Source of the DNA: Leucoraja erinacea
Lineage: Eukaryota
NCBI RefSeq assembly: GCF_028641065.1
Contig: NC_073414.1
Location: 3,410,001-3,474,000 of the forward strand
Direction: 5' to 3'
Length of the DNA stretch: 64,000 nt
The notes beneath the pieces are model-generated. The model was given only the letters and a program-made list of their open reading frames with translations, did not search any database and was not told the origin of the DNA. Position numbers and translations under genes: made by a program. Shown here piece by piece: positions 25,093 through 38,000 of this stretch (its first letter is position 1; the number at the start of each line of letters is the position of its first letter).

Positions 25093-25813
25093 AGAACAGA
25101 ACACAGGAACTGGCCCTTCTGTGCAGAACGTGAAATGTCATGGTGGTCGGCTTGTGTGTGTGGGGTGGGGAATGATGGTCACCGTGAACCAGAGGCTTAA
25201 CTGGACTGACAGCATTAGTCGCCCAGGGACAAGAGTAGATTGGAAGTTACGTTGCCTGTGCGGAAACTAAATTGATTGCCTCAAAGCCCCTGCACATCTA
25301 CAGGGGATGAGATGGAAGAATCTCCTGCTGAACGGACGTGCAGCTGCAACAACCTCCAGGACAAAGCCCCTAGTTGATGGCACACTCACTCCACCCCAGC
25401 TTCCTCCACCTTCAGCATGGTAGGGTTTGCACGTTCTCCCAATGACCACGCGGGTTTCCTCCGGGTGCTCTGGTTTCTCTGACAGAGAATCTCTCTAGCA
25501 CCCTTTCCAACTTAATGACATCCAAATGGCTGGGACCATCTGAGTCTTTGCATTCTCCGAGCCAAACTTGGGGCTACAAATAGTGGTGAGGCTTTCAGGG
25601 TGTCGATCCGAAACGTCACCCATTCCTTCTCTCCAGAGATGCTGCCTGTCCCGCTGAGTTATTTCAGCATTTTGGGTCTATTCGCAGGGCAGGGCAGGCC
25701 TTGGCACATTGGGGAAAAGTTGCTCCACCCTCTCCCTGACGCGTTGCCGCACTTCCTGGTCTCTCTCCCTGCATAGGAAGGTAAGTTGGGAGGACGCTGC
25801 CTTTTGCACCATC

Positions 25814-26044
25814 ATGTACCCTGTGCCCTGGAGCGGTGGCGACCGGAGGCCGGGATTCTACGGCAGCAGCTCGGTGCTGCTGAGAAACGCCAACGTTGTG
25901 CCCATTCCAGCTGGAGCTCCGAGTCCCGGGCCCGGACAAGGACTCTTTGAGGATCTGCACTTCCCTGCTGACAACTCCTCTCTGCATGGCCGCGGGCGTA
26001 CTGCTCGCTTCAACACTCTCATCTCAGGCTGGAAGAGGCCACAG
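25814..26044 (+). CDS. calpain exon 1
   Basis: MYPVPW...[14 protein letters not shown]...ISGWKRPQ; donor CAG|GTAAGT; start codon choice is inferred. Confidence 0.82.
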
Positions 26045-29000
26045 GTAAGTCAGAGACGGTGGGGACTTGCCCATCACCCTTGAAGAAGGCTCCCCCCGAC
26101 CCCCGAAACATCACCTATCCATGTTCTCCAGAGGTACTGCCTCGCCCTCTGAGTTACTCCAGCAAAGATAGACACAAAACGCTGGAGTAACTCAGCGGGG
26201 CAGGCAGCATCTCTAGAGAGGAATATGTGACATTTCGGGTCGTCAGATATAATCGTTAATTGCTTAAAGCAAATACTAAACTTGCTTATTATTACAGACT
26301 CTTGGTCCAGATGGATTTAAGAGAGAGTTAGATAGAGCTCTAGGGGCTGGTGGAATCAAGGGATATGGGGAGAAGGCAGGCACGGGTTATTGATTGGGGA
26401 CGATCAGTCATGATCACATTGAATGGCGGTGCTGGCTCGAAGGGCCGAATGGCCTCCTCCTGCACCTATTTTCTATGTTTCAGATCAAAGACAAGACATT
26501 ACATGGAATAAATTGCATTCTAAAGCACAGTAAATTACTTAAATAAAATGCATTATTGGAGAAAGCGAAGTGTGCCTAACTTTATAATATTTTGGGAACA
26601 GGAAGTGGTAAGGAATGACAAGAAGTTGGAAAGTTGACAATAACTCGAAAACAGGAGGGGGGAAAGATTTGACCATCAATTTACACCATTTTGGGAATAG
26701 GGGTGGGGAGAGCATGGCAGGACTACCAAATAATAACAACTTGGGGACCAGAGGTTGGAAAGTGTAACAACAAGTTATAACAATTTAGGAAGAGGAGGGG
26801 GGATGAACTGGCTACTAATTTATAGCAATTTGATGAGGGGGGTGAGAGCAAGGGTATGACTGCCGATATATAGCAAAACACTCAGCGGGTCAGGCAGCAC
26901 TTGTGGAGGGAATGGACAGGTAACATTTTGGGTTGGGACCCTTCCTTCTGATGGAGTAGTGGGGGTGGGGCAAAGTCCGGTAAGTGATAGGTGGATACAG
27001 GTGAGGCGGAGGCAGACCTCGGTACAAGTGACAATAAACTAAACTGACAAAGGCAGGAGATGAAAGGGTGCCAAATAAGGAGAGAAGAGAAATGTAAAGC
27101 CAGAGGGAGGGATATGGGTGAGGTGGGATGGGACCAGGGGGGAGGGGAAGGGGACGGAGGGGAAAAAGAGGAGGTGGGGGGAGTAAAAAGGAAATATGAG
27201 GTACGAAGAAGGGGACTGGACAAGGTAAGACACAAAGTGTTGGAGTAACTCAACGGTCAGGCAGCATCCTGGAGAACAAGGATAGTTGACGTTTTGGGTC
27301 GGGACCCTACTTCAGGCTTTTCATAGCTTGTATTGCCCCTGACGCAATTGCCAAGAGTCTCAGGCTGTAACATTTTCAAGCTGTACCTATCTTCTTATCA
27401 ACAGGAAATCTGCGGCAGTCCTCAGTTTGTTGTTGATGGGACCACCAGGACGGACATCTGCCAGGGAGCATTGGGTGAGAGCATTGAACTGAGTCAAGTT
27501 GCAGCATTTACCTTGTGAGGATATCATGTTTAAGAAAGAACTGCAGATGCTGGAAAAATCGAAGGTAGACAAAAATTGTGGAGGAACTCAGCGGGCGAGG
27601 CAGCATCTATGGAGAGAAGGAATAGGCGATGTTTCGGGTCGTACAGGTGTGGGGGTTAACGTTCAGGGGTTGGACTGCATGTAGGAAGCTATTTCTGGAT
27701 TTTAACCTCTTTGGTGCCTGGATGTGTTGGAAGAATGGGTGACGAGAGTCATCCTCCTGCTTGCTGCAATAGACAATAGACAATGGGTGCAGGAGTAGGG
27801 CATTCGGCCCTTCGAGCCAGCACTGCCATTCAATGGGATCATGGCTGATCATCCCCAATCAGTTCCCCGTTCCTGCCTTCTCCCCATATCCCGACTCCGC
27901 TATTTTTAAGAGCCCTATCTAGCTCTCTCTTGAAAGCATCCAGAGAAACTGCCTCCACCGCGCTCTGGGGCAGAGAATTCCACAGACTCACCACTCTCTG
28001 TGAGGAAAAAGTGTTTCCTCGTCTCCGTTCTAAATGGCTTACTCCTTATTCTTAAACTGTGGCCCCTGGTTCTGGAGTTCCACTCTTGAGGAGACTGCTA
28101 TTCTGATTGGAGGGGGTGCAATACCACGCAGCAGGTACAGGTCGTCAACTCGTGAGGGTTCGAGACAGCCAGAGATGGTTCTGCATGCTGCGTTTAGCAC
28201 CGGATCCAACTTCTTGCCGTGTGAAGAACGTTCCCAGGCTGGGCAGGCATATTCGGCTGCTGAATAGCATAGTGCAACTTTCCTGGATCTGATCCCCATT
28301 TAGAGTTGGCCACCTTGCTCAGGATGGTGTTTCTGGCTCCTGCCTTTGCTTTTGTCTTGATAACATGGTCTCTGGTCATTAAGGCACAGCCATCTTGTTC
28401 CCAGGTGACTGCTGGTTCTTGTCCGTCATTGCTTGCCTCAGCCTCAACAAAGATGTGATGAAGCAGGTGATCCCCCCAAACCAGGGATTCGGGACAGGCT
28501 ACTCGGGGTATTTCCGCTTCAAGGTACGTTCTTGTCATTCTAAGACCAAAGCCCATAAGACATAGAAGAGTTCAGCCCATTGAATCTGCTCCGCCATTCA
28601 ATCATGGGTGATCTATTTCTCCCTCTCAACACCACAATAGACAATAGGCGCAGGAGTAGGCCTTCGAGCCAGCACCACCATTCATGGCTGATCATCCACA
28701 ATCAGTACCCCGTTCCTGCCTTCTCCCCATATCCCTTGACTCCGCTATCTTTAAGAGCCCTATCTAGCTCTCTCGTGAAAGCATCCAGAGAACCGGCCTC
28801 CACTGCCCTCTGAGGCAGAGAATTCCACAGACTCACAACTCTCTGTGTGAAAAAGTGTTTCCTCATCTCCGTTCTAAATGGACTACCCCTTATTCTTAAA
28901 CTGTGGCCCCTTGGTCTGGACTCCCCCAACATCGAGAACATGTTTCCTGCCTCTAGCGTGTCCAAACCCTTAATAATCTTATAAGTTTCAATAAGATCCC

Positions 29001-32000
29001 CTCTCATCCTTCTAAATTCCAGAGTGTACAAGCCCAGGCGCTCCATTCTCTCAGTATATTCTCCTGCCGTCTCTCTGTCGTAAGCTTTGAAGCACTTTCT
29101 AATCAAGAACCTATCAATCTCCGCTTTAAAAATACCCAATGACTTGGCCTCCACCGCTGTCTGGGGCAATGGATTCCACAGATTCACCACCCTCTAAACA
29201 ATTTCCCCCTCAGCTCCATTGTAAAGGGTATATCCTTTTATTCTGAAGTTGTGCCCTCAGTCCTAGACTCTCCCACTAGTAAAAATGTCCTCTCCACATC
29301 TTAATTGTCATCAATGTACCGGTGTCAACACTAAACTTTAGACACAAAATGCTGGAGTAACTCAGCGGGACAGGCAGTATCTCTGGATAGAAGGAATGGG
29401 TGACGTTTCGGGTCGAGACCCTCCTTCAGACTGAGAGTCGGGGGGGAGAGGAAGTGTAACGTGAAAACGAGACAAAGGGGTGGAGTTCAACGAAAATGTA
29501 GAACACATCCTTGTTAGCTAGGAGAAAGTAATAAACAAAGAAAACAGAGATAAAATGAAATTGGGGACCGTCAGACTCGTAGGAGAACTGGGAAGGGGGA
29601 AGGATGGAGAGAGAGGGAAAGCAAAGGTTAAGTCAATGTTCATACCACTGGGGTGTAAGCTGCCCAATGGAAATATGAGGTCCTGTTCCTCCAATTTGCA
29701 CTGGACCTCACTGACAATGGAGGAGGCCCAGGACGGGAAGGGCAGTGTGGGGTTAGGAGGGAGAGTTCAAGTGTTTACCAAGTGTTTAAGAAGGAACTGC
29801 AGATGCTGGAAAATCGAAGGTAGACAAAAGTGCTGGAGAAACTCAGTGGGTGCAGCAGCATCTGTGGAGCGAAGGAAATAGGCAACGTTTCGGGCCGAAA
29901 CCCTTCTTCAGACTGCAGTTGATGTTGTCTGCAGGAGAAGTTAACATGTTTGCATTATTAAATTGCTTCCCAGGGCAGGAGACGTAGGTTAGAATTCCAT
30001 CCAGGATATAACATGTAGGTTGATGCTGCTGTGTTGCTTGCAGTAGGAATTGTCCTGGGTTGCGCCTGATGTTCTAACACTTTGCTTTGTCTTATTGCTT
30101 GCCCAAGTTCTGGCAGTACGGGCAGTGGGTGGAGGTGATAGTCGACGACCGGCTGCCCACCGTTGACACCAAGTTGGCCTTTCTCTACAGCAAGGACAAC
30201 AATGAGTTCTGGAGCCCGCTCCTGGAGAAAGCTTATGCCAAGTAAGTGGACCCGATGGCCGCGGTGCTGCTGAATGCCCACAACATCAGCCTGGCCATAA
30301 ACTACCTTTAATGTGGCTATAACCAACCCAGACATTCACATCACACACACTAAACTTGACATTGAGTCACAAAGGAAGACATTGAGCTGAGAGAGAATGG
30401 CGGGGAAGCCAGGCGACCCTCTGTGTGCTCGTCACAGAAGTGATTAGTACGGGTGTCAGGGGTTACGGGGATAATGGGATTAGGTGGGAGAGATAGATCA
30501 GCCATGATTGAATGGTGCAGTAGACTTGATGGGCCGAATGGCCTAATTCTCCTCCTATCACTTATGATCTTATGACCTAAGTCAAGGGTTCCCAACCTGT
30601 TGTAAATTTAACCCCAGGGGGTAAATTTGTTGATTGTGGATTTGTAGATATTTTTTCTCATTGACTGACTGTGTTTGGTTCTGGTATACCGGGATCTGTT
30701 CATCATTAGTTGTCCATAAATACGGGAAATAACATTGTTATCTGCTATTAAAGTTGCCAGGGGTAAACGGGACGAACAAGTTTGGGAACCCCTGAGCTAA
30801 GTGGATCTGCAATCACGCATTACATTCACTCCACTCTATGAAACCACTGCTCAAACAGCACTGGACAGTCATTCCCTTTTGTCATGTATCTGTACACTGT
30901 GGACGGCTCGATTGTAATCATGTGTAGTCTATCCACTGACTGGTTAGCACGCAACAAAAGCTTTTCACTGTACCTCAATACATGTGATAATAAACTAACC
31001 TGAACTCAACTTAAGAGAAGTGGTCAGAGAGAGGAGAGAGGAGGGAGGTGTTTACTGAGGGTGATTGAAGAAGTATTGGACACAAAGGGAGGATAATAGT
31101 CCCAGTTTAGTTTAGAGCCACAGCACGGAAACAGACCCTTCGGCCCACCGAGTCCGTGCTGACCAGCGATCCCCGCACTCTAACACTGTCCCACACGCAA
31201 GGGACAATTCTAAAGGCTCTGAAGAAGGGTCTCGACCCAAAACGTCACCCATTCCTTCTCTCCGGAGATGCTGCCTGTCGCGCTGAGTTACTCCAGCATT
31301 TTGTGTCTGTCAGTGCTTATTGCATTACAACGTGCCCCAGTTAACTGAGCCTCTCCTTCCTCTCTCCCCACTGCCCCACAGGCTGAAGGGCTGCTACGAG
31401 TCCCTGTACATCGGTTTCCCTCTGGAGGCCATGGTTGATCTCACGGGGGGAGTGCCAGAGTTGTTTCAGATCGACGAGATGCCCAAGAACCTTTGGAAGT
31501 TCCTGAAGAAACTCCTGGACAAAGGCTCCATCATCTGCTGTGCTAAGCCGGTGACTGCGAACAACATTTAATAAATAGTACGACACGATAGATACAATAC
31601 GATTTATCCCAGGAGGGAAATTAATATGCCAACAGTCATAACACATAAAATACATGAAATTAAAGTGACAAGTGGAAAGGATTAAGGATGCGCAGATTGG
31701 GGAAGGGGGGAGGGGGGAGTCAGTCTCAGTCTACCCCACGACAGAAGGGGGAGTAGTTGTACAGTTTGATAGCCACAGAGGAAGAAGGATCAACTGTGGC
31801 GTTCTGTGCTGCATCTTGGTGGAACAAGTCTGTTGCTGAAGGTGCTCCTCAGGTTGACCAGTGTGTGAACACTGAGTAAGAGTGATTTTCTATTGGGGGA
31901 TCTAGTTAATAGACAATAGACAATAGGTGCAGGAGTAGGCCATTTGGCCCTTCAAGCCAGCACCGCCATTCAATGTGATCATGGCTGATCATCCCCAATC

Positions 32001-35000
32001 AGTGTCCCGTTCCTGCCTTCTCCCCATATCCCCTGCGCTATTTTTAAGAGCCCTATCTAGCTCTCTTGAAAGCATCCAGAGAAGCTGCCTCCACCGTCCT
32101 CTGAGGCAGAGAATTCCACAGACTCACTACTCTCTGTGAGAAAAAGTGTTTCTTCGTCTCCGTTCTAAATGGCCTACTCCTTCTTAAACTGTGTGTGTGG
32201 CCCCTGGTTCTGGACTCGTCCAACATCGGGAACATGTTTCCTGTCTCTAGTGTGTCCAAGCCCTTAACAACAGGCAGAGATAGATAGATTCTTGATTAGT
32301 GCGGGTGTCGGGGGTTATGGGGGGGAAGGCAGGAGAGCGGGGTTCTATCAGACGGGGTGGCGGTTCTACCAATGACTCTATCAGACAGCTGACGTTTGAA
32401 CTCTTTGTTCCCTGTGCAGGGTCCCGTGGGGGTATTGAGTGAACGAGGCATCATCTCTGGGCATGCGTACTCGGTGACAGGTGTTGACCAGGTGAGCCAC
32501 TCCTGTTGCATGGACTGCATTTGTGTTAGTTGCAGAATGACTGCATGGGGGCTCCCTGCATCTTGCACCTGTGATTGAACGATCGAGGAGAGACCCTCTC
32601 ACGTGTAGGAAGGAACTGCGGATGTGGGTTTACACCGAAGATAGACACAAAAGGCTGGAGTAACTCAGCGGGTCAGATTCAGATTCAGATTCAGATTCAA
32701 TTTTAATTGTCATTGTCAGTGTATAGTACAGAGACAACGAAATGCATTTAGCATCTCCCTGGAAGAGCGACATAGCAAACGATTTGAATAAATAATAATA
32801 AGTGTCCGGGGGGGGGGGTGGTGATTGGCAGTCACCGAGGTACGTTGTTGAGTAGAGTGACAGCCGCCGGAAAGAAGCTGTTCCTCGACCTGCTGGTTCG
32901 GCAACGGAGAGACCTGTAGCGCCTCCCGGATGGTAGGAGGGTAAACAGTCCATGGTTGGGGTGAGAGCAGTCCTTGGCGATGCTGAGCGCCCTCCGCAGA
33001 CAGCGCTTGCTTTGGACAGACTCAATGGAGGGGAGCGAGGAACCGGTGATGCGCGTTGGGCAATTTTCACCACCCCCTCTGCAATGCCTTCCGGTCGGAG
33101 ACAGAGCAGTTGCCATACCATACTGTGATGCAGTTGGTAAGGATGCTCTCGATGGTGCAGCGGTAGAAGTTCACCAGGATCTGAGGAGACAGATGGACCT
33201 TCTTCAGTCTCCTCAGGAAGAAGAGACGCTGATGGGCCTTCTTGATCAGAGTAGAGGTATAGTGGGTCCAAGAGAGGGGTCAGGCAGCATCTCTGGAGAG
33301 AAGGAATGGGTGATGTTTCAGGTCGAGTCTGAAGCGTCACCCATTCCTTCTCTCCAGAGATGCTGCTTATCCCGCTGAGTTACTCCAGCATTTTGTGTCT
33401 ACGGTGTAAACCCGCATCTGCAGTTCCTTCCTATACAAGTAGAAACAGGAGGTGGCCATTCTGCCCCTCAAACCCTGTCCACCATTCAACAAGATCCGGG
33501 ATAATTTTCAGCTCAACGGCACAGTCCTGCACCAATCTCGTATCCCTGAATATACGCACCATGTCTGTGTGCAAATGTTACCCATGGAGTCTCTGTTAAA
33601 TATTTCTCCTCTCACTGGAGCAGTACATTGATGCTGCATTACCGTGCCAGAGACCCCTGTTCGGTCCTGACCTCGGGTGCTGTCTTTCTGGAGTTTGCAC
33701 GTTCTCTCTATGACCACGTGTGTTTCCTCTATGGGTGCTCCATTTTCCACCCACATCCCAAAGACGTGCAGGTTGTTAGATGAATTGGCTCTCTGTAAAT
33801 AGCCCCTAATGTGCAGGAAGTGGGTGAGAAAGTGGGATAACATAGAACAAGTGTGAATGGGTGATTAATGGTTGGCATGGACTCGGTGGGCCGAAGGGCC
33901 TGCTTTCATCCTATATCTCTAAACTAAACTAAACGTTAAACCAATGCCCTCCGGTTGTCAACTTCCCTATCCTGGGGAAAAGACGGGAGGTCGCTCCTCA
34001 GCTCCCTACACTCCAGAGAAATAGGTCCCAGAGTGTCCAGCTTCTCCTTATATCACACGCCCTCCGGTCCAGCCAACACTCTGATGTACTCTTGCGTGCA
34101 ACGTGCTTATGTTTGTGACGAGTTTGCGGACTGGTGATTGCCTTTATTTTGCGGCTTCCCAGGTTCAACAGCGGGCAGACCGTGTGGAGCTGGTGCGGGT
34201 CCGAAACCCCTGGGGTAGAGTGGAGTGGAATGGAGCCTGGAGTGACGGGTAAGGAGGGAGAAAGAGAGAGTATCAGAGTGCAAAGGAGAGTGCCCTAAGA
34301 GCTAAATCTAACTCTCTCTTGAATACATCAGAGATTGTGTCATTATGATGCTGTAAATCATGCCGATTGGGCCATAAACATTCTGTTTGTTCTCCTGACA
34401 CAATAGACAATAGGTGCAGGAGGAGGCCATTCGGCCCTTCGAGCCAGCACTGCCATTCATGTGATCATGGCTGATCATCCACAATCAGTGCCCCGTTCCT
34501 TCCTTCTCCCCGTATCCCCTGACTTCGCTATTTTTAAGAGCCCTATCTAGCTCTCTCTTGAAAGCGTCCAGAGAAGGCAGGAATGGGGTACTGATTGGGG
34601 ATGATCAGCCATGATCACATTGATTTGCGGTGCTGGCTCGAAGGGCCAAATGGCCTACTCCTGCACCTATTGTCTATTGTCTATTATTGTCTATCCCATC
34701 TACACTAGTCCCACCAGCCCGCGTGTGGCCCATATCCCTCCAAACCTGTCCCAGCCATGCACCTGTCCAAATGTTTCTTTAACGTTGCAATAGTCCCTGC
34801 CTCAACCACCTCCTCTGGCAGTTTGTTCCATGCACCCACTTATCTTTGTGTGAAAACCCTTTGTATCTGAATGGAAAGATGTTCTTTGTCCCTTCGGCAG
34901 GTCCACAGAGTGGAGCACGGTCTCAGACAAACACCGTCCACAGACCGTACACCTGGAGGATGGAGAGTTTTGGTAAGAACCTCTGCTCGCCTCCCACTAA

Positions 35001-38000
35001 CCATCCTCCCTTCTCCAGCCCCACTCCTTACTAGCTCGTCGCAAACACCACTGAGATCCGAGCTCATTCACTTGGGGATGTGGAGGCAGCTTTGCCAGAT
35101 CTGATCTGATGGTTGGGGGCACAAAGGTTAAACTCACTGATGGACACGAAGAGCTGGAGTAACTCAGCAGGTCAGGCAACATCTCTGAAGTACATGGGTA
35201 GGCGATGTTTTGGGTTGGGACCCTTCTTCACACTGAAGAAGTTGTCTTCCCTTGAGTCTAAAGAGGATCCCGACCTGGAGGGAACGAATGGGTGACGTTT
35301 TGGACCGGACTTCTTCAGACTCCAGAGATGCTGCCTGTACCACTGAGTTACTCAAGCATGTTGTGTCTATTTGAAGTGTCTGCATGTGCATGTGCGGTTC
35401 CGTACTCCTACTGTTGTAGATTGTATGAAAGGTTTGGCGAGCTCATGATATCCTAACTGCAGCGTTTCAGGTCGGGACCCATCTTCACGTGTGTGTGTGT
35501 GTGTGTGTGTGTGTTTTTCCCCTCCCTGACCTTGCCCTCTGTGTCTGCTTTCACAAGGATGTCCGTTGAAGACTTCAAGAGTAACTTTGGCTCTGTGGAG
35601 ATCTGCCACGTGAGCCTGGAGCAGCTCTCCAATGCCGAGGGGAAGCTGAAGCCCTGGGTACAGATGGTTTATGAGGGTCGCTGGGTTCGAGGCTTCTCGG
35701 CTGGAGGCAACCTACGCCACAAAGGTAGGGTGTCTATTTATCTATGTCTCTCTTCTGGTTCTGTGCCGCTGCAGGCTGCATCCATGCTCCTAGCCTCTCC
35801 GCGCGGCGCCCTATCAGCTTAAGCCCCCGGCTGCTACAAAGCTTTTCCCTGTACCTCGGTACAGGTGACCATAAACTAAACTGGACCCCGCGGCCTGTTG
35901 CTTGCAGACAAGTACTACTGGATGAACCCGCAGTTCAAACTCACCCTGTACGAGGAGGACGATGACCCCGATGACTCCGCGGTGAGCTGCACCTTCCTAG
36001 TGGCCCTGGCGCAGAAGCATAGGCGGAGGATGCAGCTGGCGGGAGCCGGCTTCCTGTTCATCGGCTTTGACGTCTTCCAGGTGAGCTCTTCCACTCCACC
36101 TCCCCCTCTCCCCACATGCCACCTAACCCCTCACACCATACTGGCCCTATTTCCTTCCCCCCCCCCCATCCCCACTCCACCTCCCCCGGCTCCCCTACCT
36201 TAAGCCCCCCCCTCTCCTCAAACGCCACCTACCCCCCTACCCATGCCTCCACCTCCCCCCTCCCCCCCCACCACCCCCCCCCTCCCCACTCCACCTCCCC
36301 CCTCCCCCTCTCCTCAAACGCCACCTACCCCCTACCCATGCCTCCCCCTCCCCACTCCACCTCCCCCCTCCCCCCCTCTCCTCAAACGCCACCTACCCCC
36401 CTACCCATGCCTCCACCCCCCCCCTCCCCCCCCTCCCCACTCCACCTCCCCCNNNNNNNNNNNNNNNNNNNNNNNNNNNNNNNNNNNNNNNNNNNNNNNN
36501 NNNNNNNNNNNNNNNNNNNNNNNNNNNNNNNNNNNNNNNNNNNNNNNNNNNNNNNNNNNNNNNNNNNNNNNNNNNNNNNNNNNNNNNNNNNNNNNNNNCC
36601 CCCACCTCCCTCCCCCTCCCCCCTCCCCTACCACCTCCCCCTCTCCTCAACGCCACCTACCCCCTACCCATGCCTCCACCTCCCCCCCGCCCCACCCCCT
36701 CCCCCTCCCCCTCCCCCCCCCCCTCCCCCTACCCCCCCTACCCCCCCCCTCTCCTCAAACGCCACCTACCCCCCTACCCATCCTCCACCTCCCCCCTCCC
36801 CCACCCACCTCCCCCTCCCCACTCCACCTCCCCCCCTCCCCCTCTCCTCAAACGCCCACCTACCCCCTACCCACGTCCCACCCACCTCCCCCCTCCCCCC
36901 CCCCTCCCCACTCCCCACCTCCCCACCTCCCCCCTCCCCCCTCCCCCTACCCCTCCCCTCTCCTCAAACGCCACCTACCCCCCTCCCCATACCTCCCCCC
37001 CCCCCCACCACCTCACCCCTCTCCCCAAACACCACCTACCCCCTCCCCCTCCCCCCTCCACCCACATGCCACCTCCCCCCTCTCCCCACACCCAACCTAA
37101 CCCCTCCCACCACACGACACGATTGTTCCCGATGTTAGGGAAGTCCAGGACAAGGGGTCACAGCTTAAGGATAAAGGGGAAATCCTTTAAAACCGAGATG
37201 AGGAGAACTTTTTTCACACAGAGAGTGGTGAATCTCTGGAACTCTCTGCCACAGAGGGTAGTTGAGGCCACACACAGTTCATTGGCTATATTTAAGAGGG
37301 AGTTAGATGTGGCCCTTGTGGCTAAGGCGATCAGGGGGTATGGAGAGAAGGCAGGTACGGGATACTGAGTTGGATGATCAGCCATGATCATATTGAATGG
37401 CGAATGGTGCAGGCTCGAAGGGCCGAATGGCCTCTACTCCTGCACCTAATTTCTATGTTTCTATGACACCTACCCCCCTACCCTCGCCTCCCCCTCCCCA
37501 CACACGCCACTTCCGCTATCCCCCCCTGCCACCTCCCTCCTACCCACCTCTCTGCCTCTGTCCTGACTGCAGGGAGACCCAGCCAGAGCCTACTTGACGC
37601 AGGAGGATCTGCGGGCAGCAGTGCCGGTGCTGTCCACCAAGGAGCACAAGGACAGCAGTGAAGTGTCCCTGCGCGGCTGCCTCCCCCCGGGCCACTACTT
37701 CATCGTCCCGTCCACCGTCAACCCCAACGAGGAGGGCGAGTTCCTCCTGCGAGTCTTCACCGAGAAGGGGAACCGGGCTGCGTAAGCAAGGGCCTCCTCG
37801 CCCCAGAACTGGGATGCCGAGAATCGCTGGAGGGGTGGGGGGGGAGGGGGGGGAAGAGGAAAAGACTCTCGCCTGGGCTTGAGGAGAGGTTGCACAATCT
37901 GGGGCCTCCTCTTTGGAGACGAAGCTGAGGGGTGAACTTCACCTGGACAGGTGCACGGATAGGACAGGTTTAGAGAGATATGGGCCAAGCAGGCAAGTGG

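Noticed and set aside
36116-37368. Proline-rich extensin/formin-like ORFs
   Set aside because: Translation of a C-rich intronic minisatellite spanning a gap and running into a CR1
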